Source: Cyanophora paradoxa CCMP329 (lineage: Eukaryota; Plantae; Glaucophyta). Taken from it: a stretch of 64,000 nucleotides of DNA. Location: positions 248,001 through 312,000 of the forward strand of contig QPMI01000423.1 of the NCBI GenBank assembly GCA_004431415.1. The letters are read 5' to 3'. Shown here piece after piece: positions 37,719 to 50,300 of the stretch. Numbering within the stretch: the stretch's first letter is position 1; every line of letters begins with the position of its first letter. Both the position numbers and the translations under genes were made by a program. The notes below the pieces were generated by a model. The model had not been told where the DNA came from. It did not search any database and saw only the letters and a list, made by a program, of their open reading frames with translations.

Positions 37719-38920
37719 ATGCCGCAAAAAGAGGACCCGCGCTGGCGCGCGGCCTACGAGGCGAGTCCGGTTCCCGACCTCCTGAGCCCCAGCCACGCCG
37801 CCGCGCGTCCAGGCTTCGGGGCTGGCTGTGACGCGCTTCGCGTTGTGCAGGAGCTCATCAAGAAAGAGGAGCGCGCGAAAGCGAAGCGATTCCAGGAAGA
37901 GGCCAAGGGCCTGGCCCAGCCGGAAATCCCTCGGTGCGGCCATCCCCTGGTCCTCGCCTTCCGGCTGCAGGCGGGGTCGCTAACGCGCGCGCGCGGCGGG
38001 CAGATGGTCGGGAGGCTGCCTGGAGGCGATGCACCTCCAGCCGCCAGTACCGAAAGAGGTGCGGGCGCTCGGGGGGGCGGGGACGAGGAGCAAGCGAACA
38101 ATCCCCAAACTTTCGCCCGCCTGACCGCGGCCGCCCCCGCAGCGGCTCCCGGAGCTGTACGAGATCGAGCTGAGGGAGGACCGGAACATGAACTCAGCGG
38201 CGCGGCAGAAGCGGGAGCGCGAGCGCGGCGCAGCGGACCAGCTGCAGCGCGTCAAGTCTTTAGTGGCGGCGGCCGACGCGGAGCGGGCGGAGCGGCGGCG
38301 GGAGGCGACCCTGCAGCGGGCTGTGTGGGACGCCCAGCGCATCGCCGAGCGGCTGCGCGCCGAGATCGACTACGAGGAGGCGGCGCTATTGGAGGAGGCC
38401 AGGGCGGTGGCCGCGGCCGTGGCCGCGCCGGGGCCGCCCTCGCGATCGGAGCCCCGCGCGGCGCTGGCGCCGCTGCCGCTGCTGCGGAGGGCGCGCAGCG
38501 GGGACCTGCCGCCGCGCTTCGACGGGACCTGGACCTTCGACAGCAAGGGCGGGAGCCGGTCGCCGGCCGTGCCCCACGGGCACCTCCTCAAGCACCAGGG
38601 CGCCTTCGACCGGTCCCTGCGCCCGCCCCGGCCCCTGCGCAAGGAGGCGAGCATCGGCGCCCTGCGGCCCCTCCGCTCCGAGGGCCACGACCCATCACCT
38701 CTTCTGGGGGGTACCCTAGCCTTCCACAAGGCACGTACCTCCCCCCCCCCCCTTCCCCTCCCCACCTTTCTTCGGGCTGACGGCGCGGCAGGTGCGGAGG
38801 GAAGACGCTGCGGTGGGGCGGCCGATGGACCCCCTGATCCTGCGGTACGCCCTCCCCGAAACGTGGTCCGCCTCCCACAACGCCTACGCCATGGCGGCCG
38901 CAGCCGCCGCCCGGCGCTAG
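37719..38920 (+). CDS. Hypothetical coiled-coil protein
   Basis: MPQKEDPRW...ELIKKEERAKAKRFQEE; ERAERRREATLQRAVWDAQRIAERLRAEIDYEE; last exon follows a GC-AG intron and ends in TAG at 38920. Confidence 0.6.
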
Positions 38921-38963
38921 CTAGCTAAATAGCGTTATACGTACATGTATTCAAGGACTATTA

Positions 38964-41182
38964 CTAGTACAGGTCGAGCTGCGCCGAGTCGAGCTGGTCT
39001 ATCAGCGCGGCCACGTGCACGTTGGGGTCGTTCGGGGGGGCGCCAGCCCCGGCCCCGGCCGCGCCGGAGGCCGAACCCGAACCCAAGCCCGAGCCCGAGG
39101 CCGAGCGGGGCGGCTCCACAACGACTTCGACGCGGGCGTGGGGGAGGCGCAGCTCGAGTTCGGCCCGCGCGGCGCGCACGGCCGAGGGCTCCGGGACGGC
39201 CGCCGTGACGCGGAGGAGGGTGCGGGGCGGGAGGGCCGACAGCGCCGCCAGGGCCTCCACGTCCCCTTCCAAGCGGGCCTGGGCGCCCAGGGCCACCTGC
39301 TCGAGTCCCCCGCAGGAAGCCAGCGCCGCGGCGAGCTCCGATGAGAAGCGGCCGCCGCCGGCGCCCCAGGCGCGCAGGGCGGGGCCGGCCGCCCGCGCCA
39401 GCTCGACCTCGGCGGGGCCGCCCCCGCGCGCTGCAGCCAGACCTCGGCTCGGCGCAGCGGGCCGCGGCGCCCCGCGAGGAACGCCTCCGACGCGGCCGCC
39501 AGCGCCGCGTCGCCCACGGGCGCCTGCGGCTGCCCGGGCGCCAGGCGCAGCGCGAGGGCCGCCAGGCGCGGCAGGGCGGCCGGCAGGGCCGGGAGCGACT
39601 CGGCCGCCGTCTCCCCGACCTGAGGTCGGGGTCGGCGGGGCTGGGGCGGGGCGGGGAAGGAGGAGGGGGGGCACCTCCAGGGAGAGAGACTCCAACGCTG
39701 GGAACTTCCTAAGGGCGAGCACGGCCTGCAGCAAAGAGGGAAGAGGTTAGGGCTCGGGCTCGGGCTCGGGACCGGCCCAGAGACTCGGGGCCGCACGGTG
39801 GCGCTGGCGAGGGGCGCGGCGAGCCGACGGAGGCGCGGCCCCGCGCGGCTGGCGGCCAGCTCCCGCAGGCACTCGGCCCCCAGCTCGCCCCGCATCCCCG
39901 GACCCGCGAAGGCTGCAAAAGGCTAAGACAGTGGAGGAAAAAGGGTAAGAAGATCAGGGCGGGCGGACCGATGGCGAGGCGGTCGAGGGAGGCGCTGGCG
40001 TCGGCGGCGTCGGAGAGGTGCGAGAGCATCGCCGCCGGCTGCCGGCAGTGGTGCACGCTGACGCTCAGCTCGGCAAGGCGCGGCAGGCCCGCCAGGCACC
40101 GCAGCGCCGGCCCGAACGAGAACGCGATCTGGGAGGTTGGAGTCAGAGAGGGGTAGAGGATCGGAACGGGGGTACGGACGCGGAGGGAGAGGCTCGTGAG
40201 GTTCGTGAGCTGGGCCAGGGCGGGCCCGGCGCTGGGGGGTAGGAAGTTTCCGGAGAGGGAGAGGCGGGAGAGGGAGGCGCCGGCGGGGCCGGCGGCGAGG
40301 GAGGGCAGGTCGGAGGCGGGATCCGCGGACATGGGCAGGACGAGGGAGAGATCCTCCAGGGGAAGGGCCGCGAGGGGTACCACCGCGCTCGCCACCGCGA
40401 GGCGCGCCGAGAGGACGCGGAGGGAGGGGTACCGCCTCGCGAGCTCGGCGGCGGTACCCTCCAGCAGGGCGAGCTGCCCCGGCTCGAGGCGGAGCTCGGA
40501 GAGGGAGGGGGGAAGGAACGCGAGGGCGCGCGCGGGGTCCCGGCTGAACGTTCGCCACTCGACGAGGGGCGCGCGGAGCCAGAAAGCGTCCTCGAGGATG
40601 CCGAAGGCGCGCAGGCGCGGGAGGGACCCGACGGCTCCGAAGAGCGCGTCCAGCGGGAGGGCTTCCGCCCGCCCCTGCGCCTCCTCGCCCGCCTCGTGCT
40701 CCAGCAGCGCCTGGCGGGCGTGAGGGCCCGCGGCCCGGCCGCGCGCTGTGCTTGGGCTCGGGCCGGACCGCACCTCGACATCGTCCCGCGAGCGGAAGGA
40801 GAGGTCCAGGACCTCCACTCCCCGCAGGCGCTTCAAGAGCTCGAGAACGTGCGAGACTTCGGGCGCGTTGCGCGCAGCGAGGCGGGCCTGCCAAAGGCCG
40901 CTATCATGAGCGGCGGCCGCCGAGTGGCGGCCCTGCGCGTTCTTCGGAGCGCACCGCGGTACACGTGAGACCCGTTCGGAATGCGCACGCCAAGGCGCGC
41001 ATCTTGGCGGCTCGTTCGCGCGGTTCGGCCAGCAGGTCCAGGACGCCGAAGCGGGCGCCCAGCACGCCGTCGCGGAGGGCGCGGCTCGTTGCGGCGAGAG
41101 GGAGAGCATGTACTGGGCCAAGCTGCTCGATGATGGAGAGCAGCACGTCGCGCGGAAGGCCAGGCAGGCCGGGCTGGTCCAT
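38964..41182 (-). CDS. F-box / leucine-rich repeat (RNI-like) protein
   Basis: N-terminal LPGLPRDVLLSIIEQL...LAATSRALR (F-box); LRRs LPRLRAF, SLSELRL, SLSRLSLSGNFL, LTNLTSLSL, FPALESLSL. Confidence 0.8.
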
Positions 41183-41954
41183 GTTCGGACGAAGCCGCGC
41201 AGCCGGCCGCGGCCGCGGCCGGGCGCCGGCGCCGTCGACGTCGGCTGACTTCGACGGCGAGCTAAATGATGCCTGGCGTTAGCATCGCCTGTACGCCCAG
41301 CGGGCTTCGCGCTTACTGAGCGCCACGCTGGGATACCACGTTCACTGATCGCTCAGCTGATGCCAGCAGTCGACGTCGCGCTCATGCTGGCGCTTAAGCT
41401 TGGACTTGCCTCTTCCCGCCGCGATAACAGAAAGATCAGCCAGCCCGGTTCTAGCACAGGTGCAAGTGCCAGGAGGCCCCTTGGTGCAAGCCCGCCCGAC
41501 GCTATTTAGCCGCCCCCACTCGCCCACCACAACCGCAGGTAGAATTCGAAGGCCAGCGTGGCCCCGGCAACCGGAACGAGCAAAAAGCCTTATGGTATTT
41601 CACCCAGGCACGAAGGCGGGGGCGGCGGAGAAGAAACACACAATTCCGGCAGACCTGTTGATGTCGACCGAGGGTGCTGGTGCCGACGCACATGTCTCGC
41701 TGTGTTGCTGGAAAGAGCGGGAAAAAGAGGGAACTAGGTTGCTGGGTTGCAAGGACTGGGCCGCCGGGCTGCTCCGCACCTAGGCCGGGACAAAGAACAA
41801 GCGCTGGGTTGCTGTGCCCGCCTTTCCGATCCAGCGAGGAGAAGAGCAGCCTGGCAGCGAAAAGAAACGTGGATGGAGTGTCGGAAAGAGGAGGAGGCGG
41901 AAAGGAACAGCCAAAGCGTTGCTGGGGGACTGAGATGGATGGTTGACGAAGCGG

Positions 41955-42961
41955 CTACTCATTCATGCGCATTCTGGAAGGCCGGTTAGTGTGAAGGAAA
42001 TGGAAAGGCGCGTACAACACAAACGGACCGGCCCATCTGCAAGCAAGAGCGTTAGTTAAAGCTCGAGCAGAAAGCCGGCGGGAGGGAAATGCTCACTGTT
42101 GTGAATTCGGTCATGCCACGCCCAGAGCCAGTGACGCCAACCTTCCCATCGACCTGCCGCTGGTGTGAGAATTGCGAGACCGGAGTGCTAAGGAGAACGC
42201 ACCGAGTCAGGGGACTTGAACATACTCTCCTTCTTCTTGAGACTGAGGCCCGTCAAATAGCCCTTCGGCGCCTTGCCCGGGCCTTTGTTCACGAACTTCT
42301 GCCACTCCTGAGCCCGCACCTTCGTCTCATCCTGCACAAATGGCACCGTAAGCTGCATGCATACAAGGCGCCGGCGAGGGACGCAATTCATGCGCACGGG
42401 TGCCTTGTCTTTCTTCTTGTCGTCCTTCTTCTTCTTCTGCTCTTTGCCGCCCTGCTGCCCCTCCGCGCGCTTCTTGCCGGCGAGCTTTGTGTCGGCCTCT
42501 GTGAGAGGCGTGTCTGGAGACCGCAAGCTCGCCAGGGGTATTGTGTGCATCACTCCAGTGTCAGTGAAATTCACTGCGGGGACGCAACCGTCATCAGTCT
42601 GACCACCGGGCTCTCGCGCGCCTCACGCACCAACAAAGCGCCCGTCGGGCTCAATGTGCGTGACGACAGCAGGGGCCCACGTGTTCTTGTGCATTGCCAG
42701 GACTTTGGAGCCCATCTGAGGCCGGAAAGGCTTCTCCGCCGCGCCGCTGCTGCTTGCCCCGCCCTCGGACGCCTTCGCGGTCCGGAGGAGGTCTTCTGTG
42801 ATCGAGATCAGGTCTTTGATGTCCTGCTTGAGCTTCTGGAATGCCTGCTTCGTCTCCTCATCGGGATCTGTGTTGAGGGCGGCCTGGATCTCGTCGAGCT
42901 GCGCCCGGTAGCCGCCGAGCTTCTCCTCGAGCTCCGCAACGCTGTCCATAGCGACGGCCAT
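41955..42961 (-). CDS. SMNDC1: Splicing factor SPF30 / SMNDC1 (Tudor domain)
   Basis: ELEEKLGGYRAQLDEIQAALNTDP; Tudor-like GSKVLAMHKNTWAPAVV; WQKFVNKG...KKESMFKSPDSVDGKVGVTGSGRGMT. Confidence 0.9.
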
Positions 42962-43501
42962 GTGCTGAGAGAAGCCCGAACCGCGAACCCGGCGAACCGC
43001 TTTTCCCGGGTACAGTGCCTTGGAAGTTGGAGCTCAACATTCCGAACGAGCGGCGCAGACTGGTCTAGCACTGCCTGCTAGCAGGGCGAGCCTTGAACTT
43101 CTGAAAGCGGCGCCGCCGCCATGGAAGCCTTCGCCAGAAGAGGTTCGTTTGCGCATCGCATAACGTGACACACGTCGGCACTCCGGGCTGCTGTGCAGCG
43201 CGTTCCAAGTGATGCGCAGCACTGAATTAGCCGATCTCCGACGACGCAGGCAACCAGATTATCAGCGAGAATGCTTCAAGACCCGTGTCGGAGCCAGAGC
43301 TCTCCGAGCGCGGTGCGCAGCTGCGCTTTAACTGCTTCTCAAGCTGAATTTTGAACTGCGGTCGCGGTACAGATGCGGCGCTCGCGGCGTTGAGCGAGAA
43401 GGATTTTGATGGCGTTTTCGCTGGCACCAACGTGGCCCTTCGCAGTGCGTGATACTCTGCTAGAATCTAGAGCGTGCGTTGATGCTTCCGCAGGCGCATC
43501 C

Positions 43502-44610
43502 ATGCTCCTGTCGCGCTTCTGGGGCGGCGGCAGTGACGAGGTACGCGTGACGGAAGCGTCCTCCCGCCACAGCACAAACCGACTCCGCCCCACAGAACGC
43601 CAGCGGCCCCGAAAATGGTGGTGCGCAATCGAGGAGAACGGGAGTGTGTGTCTGCCGTTCGCTGACGCCTCGCAGCCGCGCTTTTCTCAACCACGGCGCT
43701 CGTATCGAAGGCACGGGCCTCCGCATGCGTCCCCGGGTCCTCTGGCTCCGAAGTCCCGCTCAAAGCGTTCATCTCCGTGATGCGCGAGATAGCCAAAGTC
43801 TTCGGTTAGCGCCTCCGCCTCCGCCTCCGCCATGCGGATTCTGGGCGAACGCGCCGCGCCGTGCAGACGTCCTCGGCACGGCCTTCAGCTTCGTCAAGGA
43901 GGACATCACAGTGAAGGCTGAGATCCTCGAGCGAATGCAGTCCGCCAGCCGCGGTCCGTCGTTCCTCGCCTCGCGCTTGACCTCTCACGATCGCTGAGGC
44001 GCGCGCGGCACGCAGGGGTCTTCAAGACGATCCAGGACCTGTGCAGGTGGGAGATCCAGAAGGACATCATATCGAAGCGCGACAGCGGCACCTGGCACGC
44101 CGTCCGCCTCATCTGGCTGCTCGAGTTCATGGAGGTACCCCGCGCCGGCCGCCAGGAGCTGTACCCCCTTCTGGAGGAGGACCTAACGCCGGCCTGGCAG
44201 GTCTTCTCCGTCGAGCTGTCGACGACGACGAAGTCTTTGCAGGAGTGCGCCACGCAGGCGTACAATGCGGTGCGGACCCGCACTTCGCCCCCGCCCCCAT
44301 CGCGCGACCTGACGAGCCCGCGCCGGCCAGTCTCTGTCCATGCACCACCCGTTCCCCATCCGCGCCGCCGTCGGAGTCGCGCTGGGCCGGCTGCCAGCCC
44401 GCGAGAAGTTCTGGTGCGCGATCGCCTGTGCCTGTACCCCCCGCGCCGCGCCCCCGCCCGGGCCCGAGCCGCGCCCTGCGCAGCGAGCTCATCAAGACCG
44501 ACGTGAAGAAGGCAGTCGGCGACCTGAAGGAGTTCTCGTGCATCGTCGAGCCGATCCGGGCGAGCCTCAAGCGCTTCCACAGGGAGAACGACCTCGCACG
44601 GCTCGAATAG
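43502..44610 (+). CDS. Glycolipid-transfer-protein (GLTP) fold protein, CPTP/ACD11-like; start uncertain
   Basis: LGTAFSFVKEDITVKAEIL; SGTWHAVRLIWLLEF; SLQECATQAYNASLSMHHPFPIRAAVGVALGRLPAREKF. Confidence 0.85.
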
Positions 44611-45192
44611 AGTACCCAGCGAGCTAAATGATTGAATCCCGAGCCTCGACTTCTTTTCGCGTTTTTCAAGCAGTCAGACAGGGATTTTCCCCTGCGTATA
44701 TGAGAGAGACCAGCTGCGGCTGAAATGTTTCCTGCATACCTATTCGCAGCATAACTTTCGTAGACGTACTATTCAAAGCTATTCTACCTTACCGAACCTT
44801 TCGTATTCTCGTGTTTTCGTCGTGCTATTTGTTGTACCTTCTGTGCCTTTGTACAGCTCACAGATCTGAGATTAAACACCGTTTCAAACCCGATGCACAC
44901 TTGCGAATTCGTGCATGCAACTTGCAACGTTTAAAATTTAACCGGCCGCGGGCGCCGGCTGAGGGTGGAATCTCACAAAGCTACAATTTGCAACCTCCCG
45001 GCCCAACACTGCCGCGAGGAGGTAGCATCCGATCCCCCCACTGGACCGCCCGCGATGCCTTCATGGCTAGCGCTTGGCTTGGTGATAAATTTGCCGTTCT
45101 GATTCGTTCGTGGAATACACGAGCCTAGCTCGAACGAATCGCGCGGGACGCGGGCACTGCCTGGCAGGCAGGCAGGCAATCGAGCTCCGGGC

Positions 45193-47326
45193 TCACTGGG
45201 AGGTGTCCATGGCGCTGCCGCCGCTGCCGCCCTCGCCGTCCTAGAAGCGCGCGCGCGCGCACGCCCGCGCCGTCAGCTTGGAGGTGCGGCGGAGGGGGCG
45301 GCAGCGGCGGAGGGGGCGGCCACCTGCTTCTTGTCTCCTTGGCCCTCGTCCTTCTTGCCGGCGTCCTCGGCCTTGGCCGGGGCGCCCTCCTCTTTCTTCG
45401 CCTCGGCCGCGGGGGCCGCCGCCGGGGTCGCCGGGGTCGCCGGTGCCGCCGCGCTGCCCTGCTGCTCCCGCTCCGCCCGCTCCTGCACCGCCCGCACGAA
45501 GCCCTCGACGCCTGCCGTAGAGCCGGTCAGAGGCGCCCGCGCGGGAGAAGGAACTAGGTTCGTGTACGAGAAAACGGGCGAGGCGGCGGCGGCGGAGGCG
45601 GTGGCGGCAGCGGTGGCGGCGGCGGCCGTGCAGTGGGGACCCGCGTGGGTGCGGCGCATGCGTGCGTGCCGAGCAGAGGGGGCGAGGGGCGGGGCGGGCG
45701 CACCGTGGATTGCGTGCACGGGGTTGAGGCCGAGAGAGGTCATGAAGTCCCCGCCCTGGGGCGACTGGAGGACGCGGGACATGGCGTCGAGGGTCTGCCG
45801 GAACTGGGGCGAGCGGGTGGACTGCGGCAGCTCGCCGGCCGTGCGGAGCTCCTCGGGGAGGAGCGGGATGAGCGCCGCCCGCACGCGCTCGTCGGAGAGG
45901 TACGGGACCAGAGCCTCCGGGGCCAGCACGTCCGCGAGGTCGGGCCCCGAGGCCGCTGCGGCGGCGCCCGCCCGCCCGTGAGCGCGCCCCGCGGGGCCGG
46001 GCCGGCGCGGGCGCGGCGGGGGCGGAGGCGGCGCACCCTGCTGCTGGGCGGCGAGCAGAGCGGCGAGGTTGAGGCCTGCCTGCGCCTGGGCCGCCGTTGC
46101 CGGGGCCGCCCCGCCTGCGGCGGAGTTAGCATGCAGGGGGCATGCACTGCACGTGCGGCAGGGTGTTGTGCATGTGTGCGTGCGTGCGTGCGTGTGTGGG
46201 TGAGGGCGGCGTGCCGTGCGTGCGCGGCTCGGGTGCCCCGTGGGGAAAGCGGGGGAGTGCGCGTGGGGGGCGGCGGCGGGGAGCAGGTGAGGCGCGAACC
46301 CTCGGGCTGAGGCATGCCGAGCCCCCGGAGGATAGACTGGAGCTCCGAGAGCTGAACGTTGGACCTGCGAGAGGGCTCAGGGCGAGCCGAGGGCGCGGGC
46401 TGGGGCGGCGGAGGCAGCGGCCGCGAACCCGAGAGCGGGGGCAGCGCCCGCCACGGCGGTCGACGCGCCGCCCGCCGGGGCGCTGCTCGGAGCGCTCGAG
46501 CCGCTCGAAGCGCCGCCCGTCACATCAACTGCGGTGGCGGCGGAGTGAGCGATCCGGAGGAGAAATGCTGAAGAGCGCAAAAAGGGAGAGGGCGCACTCC
46601 CAGCGTGCTCCGCGCCTGGTGTCGGCGGGTTGTTGATGAACTGCGGACAGCGACACGTAAACCGGGGAAAGAGAAAACGAGGAAGTGGTCGGGTCAGCTG
46701 GAACCCCCGACCAGACCGAGCGCACCTCGTTGATCTTCTGCACGTACTCATTGTCCTTGTCATCCTTCGGCTCCTGGGACCAGAAGAAGTGGCTGCGATG
46801 CGCGCGTGAGACTGCCGCGGACCTTCACTGACTGGGCTGGCTGACCGCTTCTTGGTGGCTTCGAACTCCAGCAAGAACACGCGGCCCGTCGTGCACTTCT
46901 CGACCTTGCTGAACTTCGCATCTTGCGGGAAGATCATCAAGTCCTGCGGCAAAAGCTGAGCCTCGGGGGGATGTTTCGGCGGGCCCGGCGCGAGCTTACT
47001 TCCTCCGGAGCGCTGGCGGTGCGCTCCTTCCATGTCAGATGGATGAGACCCGTGCCTGGCTCCTGCGCGAGCGGTCACGCGCGCCCGCCGCACTTGAATG
47101 GTCGCTGGCTGCGCGGGGATGAACCTGGAAGAGGGTGAGCGTGCCCTTACGTATGTCAGGCGTTACATGTATGCCATCGTACATCATCTTGCCAGCGCGG
47201 AACGAAACCAGGGTGCCCTGTACATCGGCGGGACCAAACTCAGCGCTACGGCGCCAGGCGCCCCCGTGGCTCATGCCATAACAAGGAACGCACCGGCGTG
47301 GGCCTGGCGGGCGCGAAGAGCGACAT
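45193..47326 (-). CDS. RPN13: Proteasome ubiquitin receptor RPN13/ADRM1
   Basis: Pru domain LVSFRAGKM...VTPDIRKG...LIHLTWKER...DLMIFPQDAKFSKVEKCTTGRVFLLEF...HFFWSQEP; C-terminal LIPLLPE...RSPQFRQTL. Confidence 0.96.
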
Positions 47327-47391
47327 TGTTGAATTTGCAGGGGGGCAATGCAGGGCTGTCGGCGGGTACAGCGGAGAACGGCTGGAAAAAA

Positions 47392-50300
47392 ATGCAGGCC
47401 GCAGCAGAAGAAGGCGCGTTGGACGACGGCAGCGCTGTGGGCGACGGAGAAGCAGCGGAAGAGGATGCGCTCGAGCTGATGGAGCCCGGCGCTGCGAGCG
47501 CTCAGCTGCAGGAGCGGTTCTGCGGGCCCGGCGGCGACATCCCGGGGCCGGATTGGTTCGCCAGGCCGAGGCGTCTGTCTCCCACGATTGGCCCGCCGCC
47601 CGCGGACGTTGATCCCGTCGCTCTTGCGGGGCCCTCGAGGCGCGCGCGACCGCCGCAGCGCTCCAACCGCCACGCGCTGACGCGTACGTGCGCTCAGGGC
47701 AACGACGGGCCTGGATGATCCCTGGTTCTTCACGCCGGAGGAATTCGACGCGTACTCGGCGCGATGGGCGCGCATCCACGCGGGCCTGGAGAAGGCGCTC
47801 GGCGGAGCCACGAAGAACAGCGTGCCGCTCTCATGCGCCCTGTGCTTTGAGGAGCCGCGGAGCGTGCGGGCGGACGTGGCGCCGATCGCGCCGTCCGGGG
47901 AGCAGTCCGCGCCGGTCGCCCCAGCGACCGCCGCGCCCGTCTCGACGAAGCGCCCTTCCCTGTTCAACCACGCGCGGAAGCAGGACGGCGGCGTCAAAGA
48001 GGAGCCCTCCGGCTCGGCATCGGCTGCTGTGCACGCGGCCCCGCCCGCTGCGGCGACTGAGCCGCCCGCCGTAGTCGCCGCCACCGCCGCGGCCGCGCCA
48101 GCCCGCCCGCCAGCCGTAGCCGTGCTGAGCCCGGCCCGCGCACCGGCCCGCGCTCAGAGCTTGCACCCGCCGGCCCCGCCCTCGCCCGGTGGCCAGCCGC
48201 CGCGGGCGCAGTCGCAGCCGCAGCCGCACCCGTCGGCCACCGCGGCGCCGGGGCCGGCGGGCCTGCAGAAGGCTCCGTCCGCCGGCGCGGCGCCGGGGCA
48301 GGCGCAGGCGCAGGCGCAGGCGAAAGCGGCGCCGCCGCCTGCGCGGTACTCCAGCCTCAGCGTGGCCGAGCACAGCGAGTACATGTCGCTCCTCCGGCGC
48401 GCCGCGGCCGACGAGCCGGCCCGCGCCGCCGCCGCCGCCGCCGCCGTGCGCGCCCGCGCGCCCGCGCGCTCCCAGCGGGGCGAAGCCGGCTAACGCAGGC
48501 GCAGGGGCTGCCGGCGCCGGGCCCGACGCTCTCGCCGGCCGAGGAAGGCCGCCTGCGGGAGCTGCGGGCCCGCGTGGACGCCGAGGCGGCCGAGTTCCAC
48601 CGCTGGTGCCACGCCCGCGCCGTCGCCGACCCCCGCCCCTACGCCTTCCTCCACTCCTCCATCCTCCAGCAGCTCCAGGCGCGCGCGTACCCCCCTCTTC
48701 TCCCCCCCCTTCTCGCTCACAGATCAACGCGAAGGCCGTGCTGGAGCTGAAGCGGGCGCGCATGCGGGCCTTCGGGCACCGCTTCGTGCGGGTCGCCGAC
48801 TGGCGGCTGGACCTGGCCGGGATCGAGCCGGCGCCCGGGGACCCCCGCCTAAAGCACTCCGCCACCCTCCTCCGCCTCGTCCGCCCCTCAAGCTCCGCTT
48901 CGCTTTCTCAGGGCTTTCCTGACGATTTCTTAGGGCCGGGTGCTGGAGTACGCGCCGCCGCAGCCGAACGCGCGGCTGGAGCCCTCGACCCTCGCCTTCG
49001 ACCTGGGGCCCGCCGCCCCCTCGCTGCCCCTCCTCCGCCGCCGCCCCGGCCACTGGCTCAAGAAGGCGAGCCTTCCTCCCTACTCCTCCTCCTCCTCCGA
49101 GTCTCTCCGTCTAAGTCTGTCTGCCCCGCCTGCAGAGCATGCCGCCGGTGTCGGAGGACGAGCGGGCGGCGGCGCTGGCGGCGGAGCGCGGGGCGCACGT
49201 CGTGACCTCCTCCGGCGCCCTCGCCGCCCTCGTCGACAACTTCGGCCCCTCTTTCGCCTCGTGCGCCCCGAGAAAAGATCAGTAGATGCCAAGAACTCTC
49301 AAGGAACTCTACCTGCTAGTACTTCCTCCTAAGACAGTCTCTATGAACGGCACCGCCCGCTCGGCCCGCTCATCTGAGCCCTCTAATCTGACCTGACTCG
49401 TCCGACTCGCCAGCGAGTGGACGCTCCCCGTGGTGGTCACCGGCGAATACGGCAGTGCGCCCCCTCTCCTCCCCCCGTTCACCCAAGCAGTCGCCTTCTT
49501 TTCTAGAGCGCGTCGCTCGCACGTCGCCGCCCTCCCGCCCGCCCGCCCCTCCCCCTGGGTTCTCCGCCCTGCTAGGACTTTAGGTAATATTCTAGAGCAG
49601 TATTCTACAGTATTCTATATCTTCGTGCTCGTTCGTTTTTGTCTGCCGATCTTGATCGCCTCTCCGGGGGCGGCAGAGGAGCGCCGGGTCTTCGTGGACA
49701 AGCCGCTCCTCCGCTCCCGCCTCACCTTCCGCGAGAAGAACGCCACCATCTACAAGGTCAGATCCGATCCGATTACCTCAGATCTGATCTGATCTGATTT
49801 GATCTGATCTGATCGCGTCCGCGCAGGCGCTGCTGCAGAGCGAGGGCCTCAAGACTGAGGGGCAGAGCTCCTTACCCTTCTCCGCGGCGCCGGCCCCGGC
49901 CCCGGCGCCGGCGCCGGCGGCGTCTTTCTCTTCGCCCTTCGGAGTAGAAACAGGAGAAGCAGAGGCTACGGCCACGGCTGCGTCGGCGGCGTCGGCGGCG
50001 GGGTCCCTTGCGGACGACAACCTGACGTACACGCTCTGGTCCTTCGGGCCCGACCTCTCCCTCCTCGTCCGCTGCCGCTGGCACGCCATCCTGCCCGAGC
50101 CCGGCTCCCAGCCCGTGCGCACGTACCCCCCTCCATCCCCCCTCCCCCCGCCCGCCTCCTCTTCCTTCGTTTTTTGAGGGGGGCGGCAGGGGTACCGGTG
50201 CGTGGGGGTGGTGCCGAAGCTTGAGTACAGGCCGGAGGAGGGCTGGGAGCAGGTACCTCCCCCTAACCCTCCCCCACTTCCCTTCCCCCCCTCCCTACTC

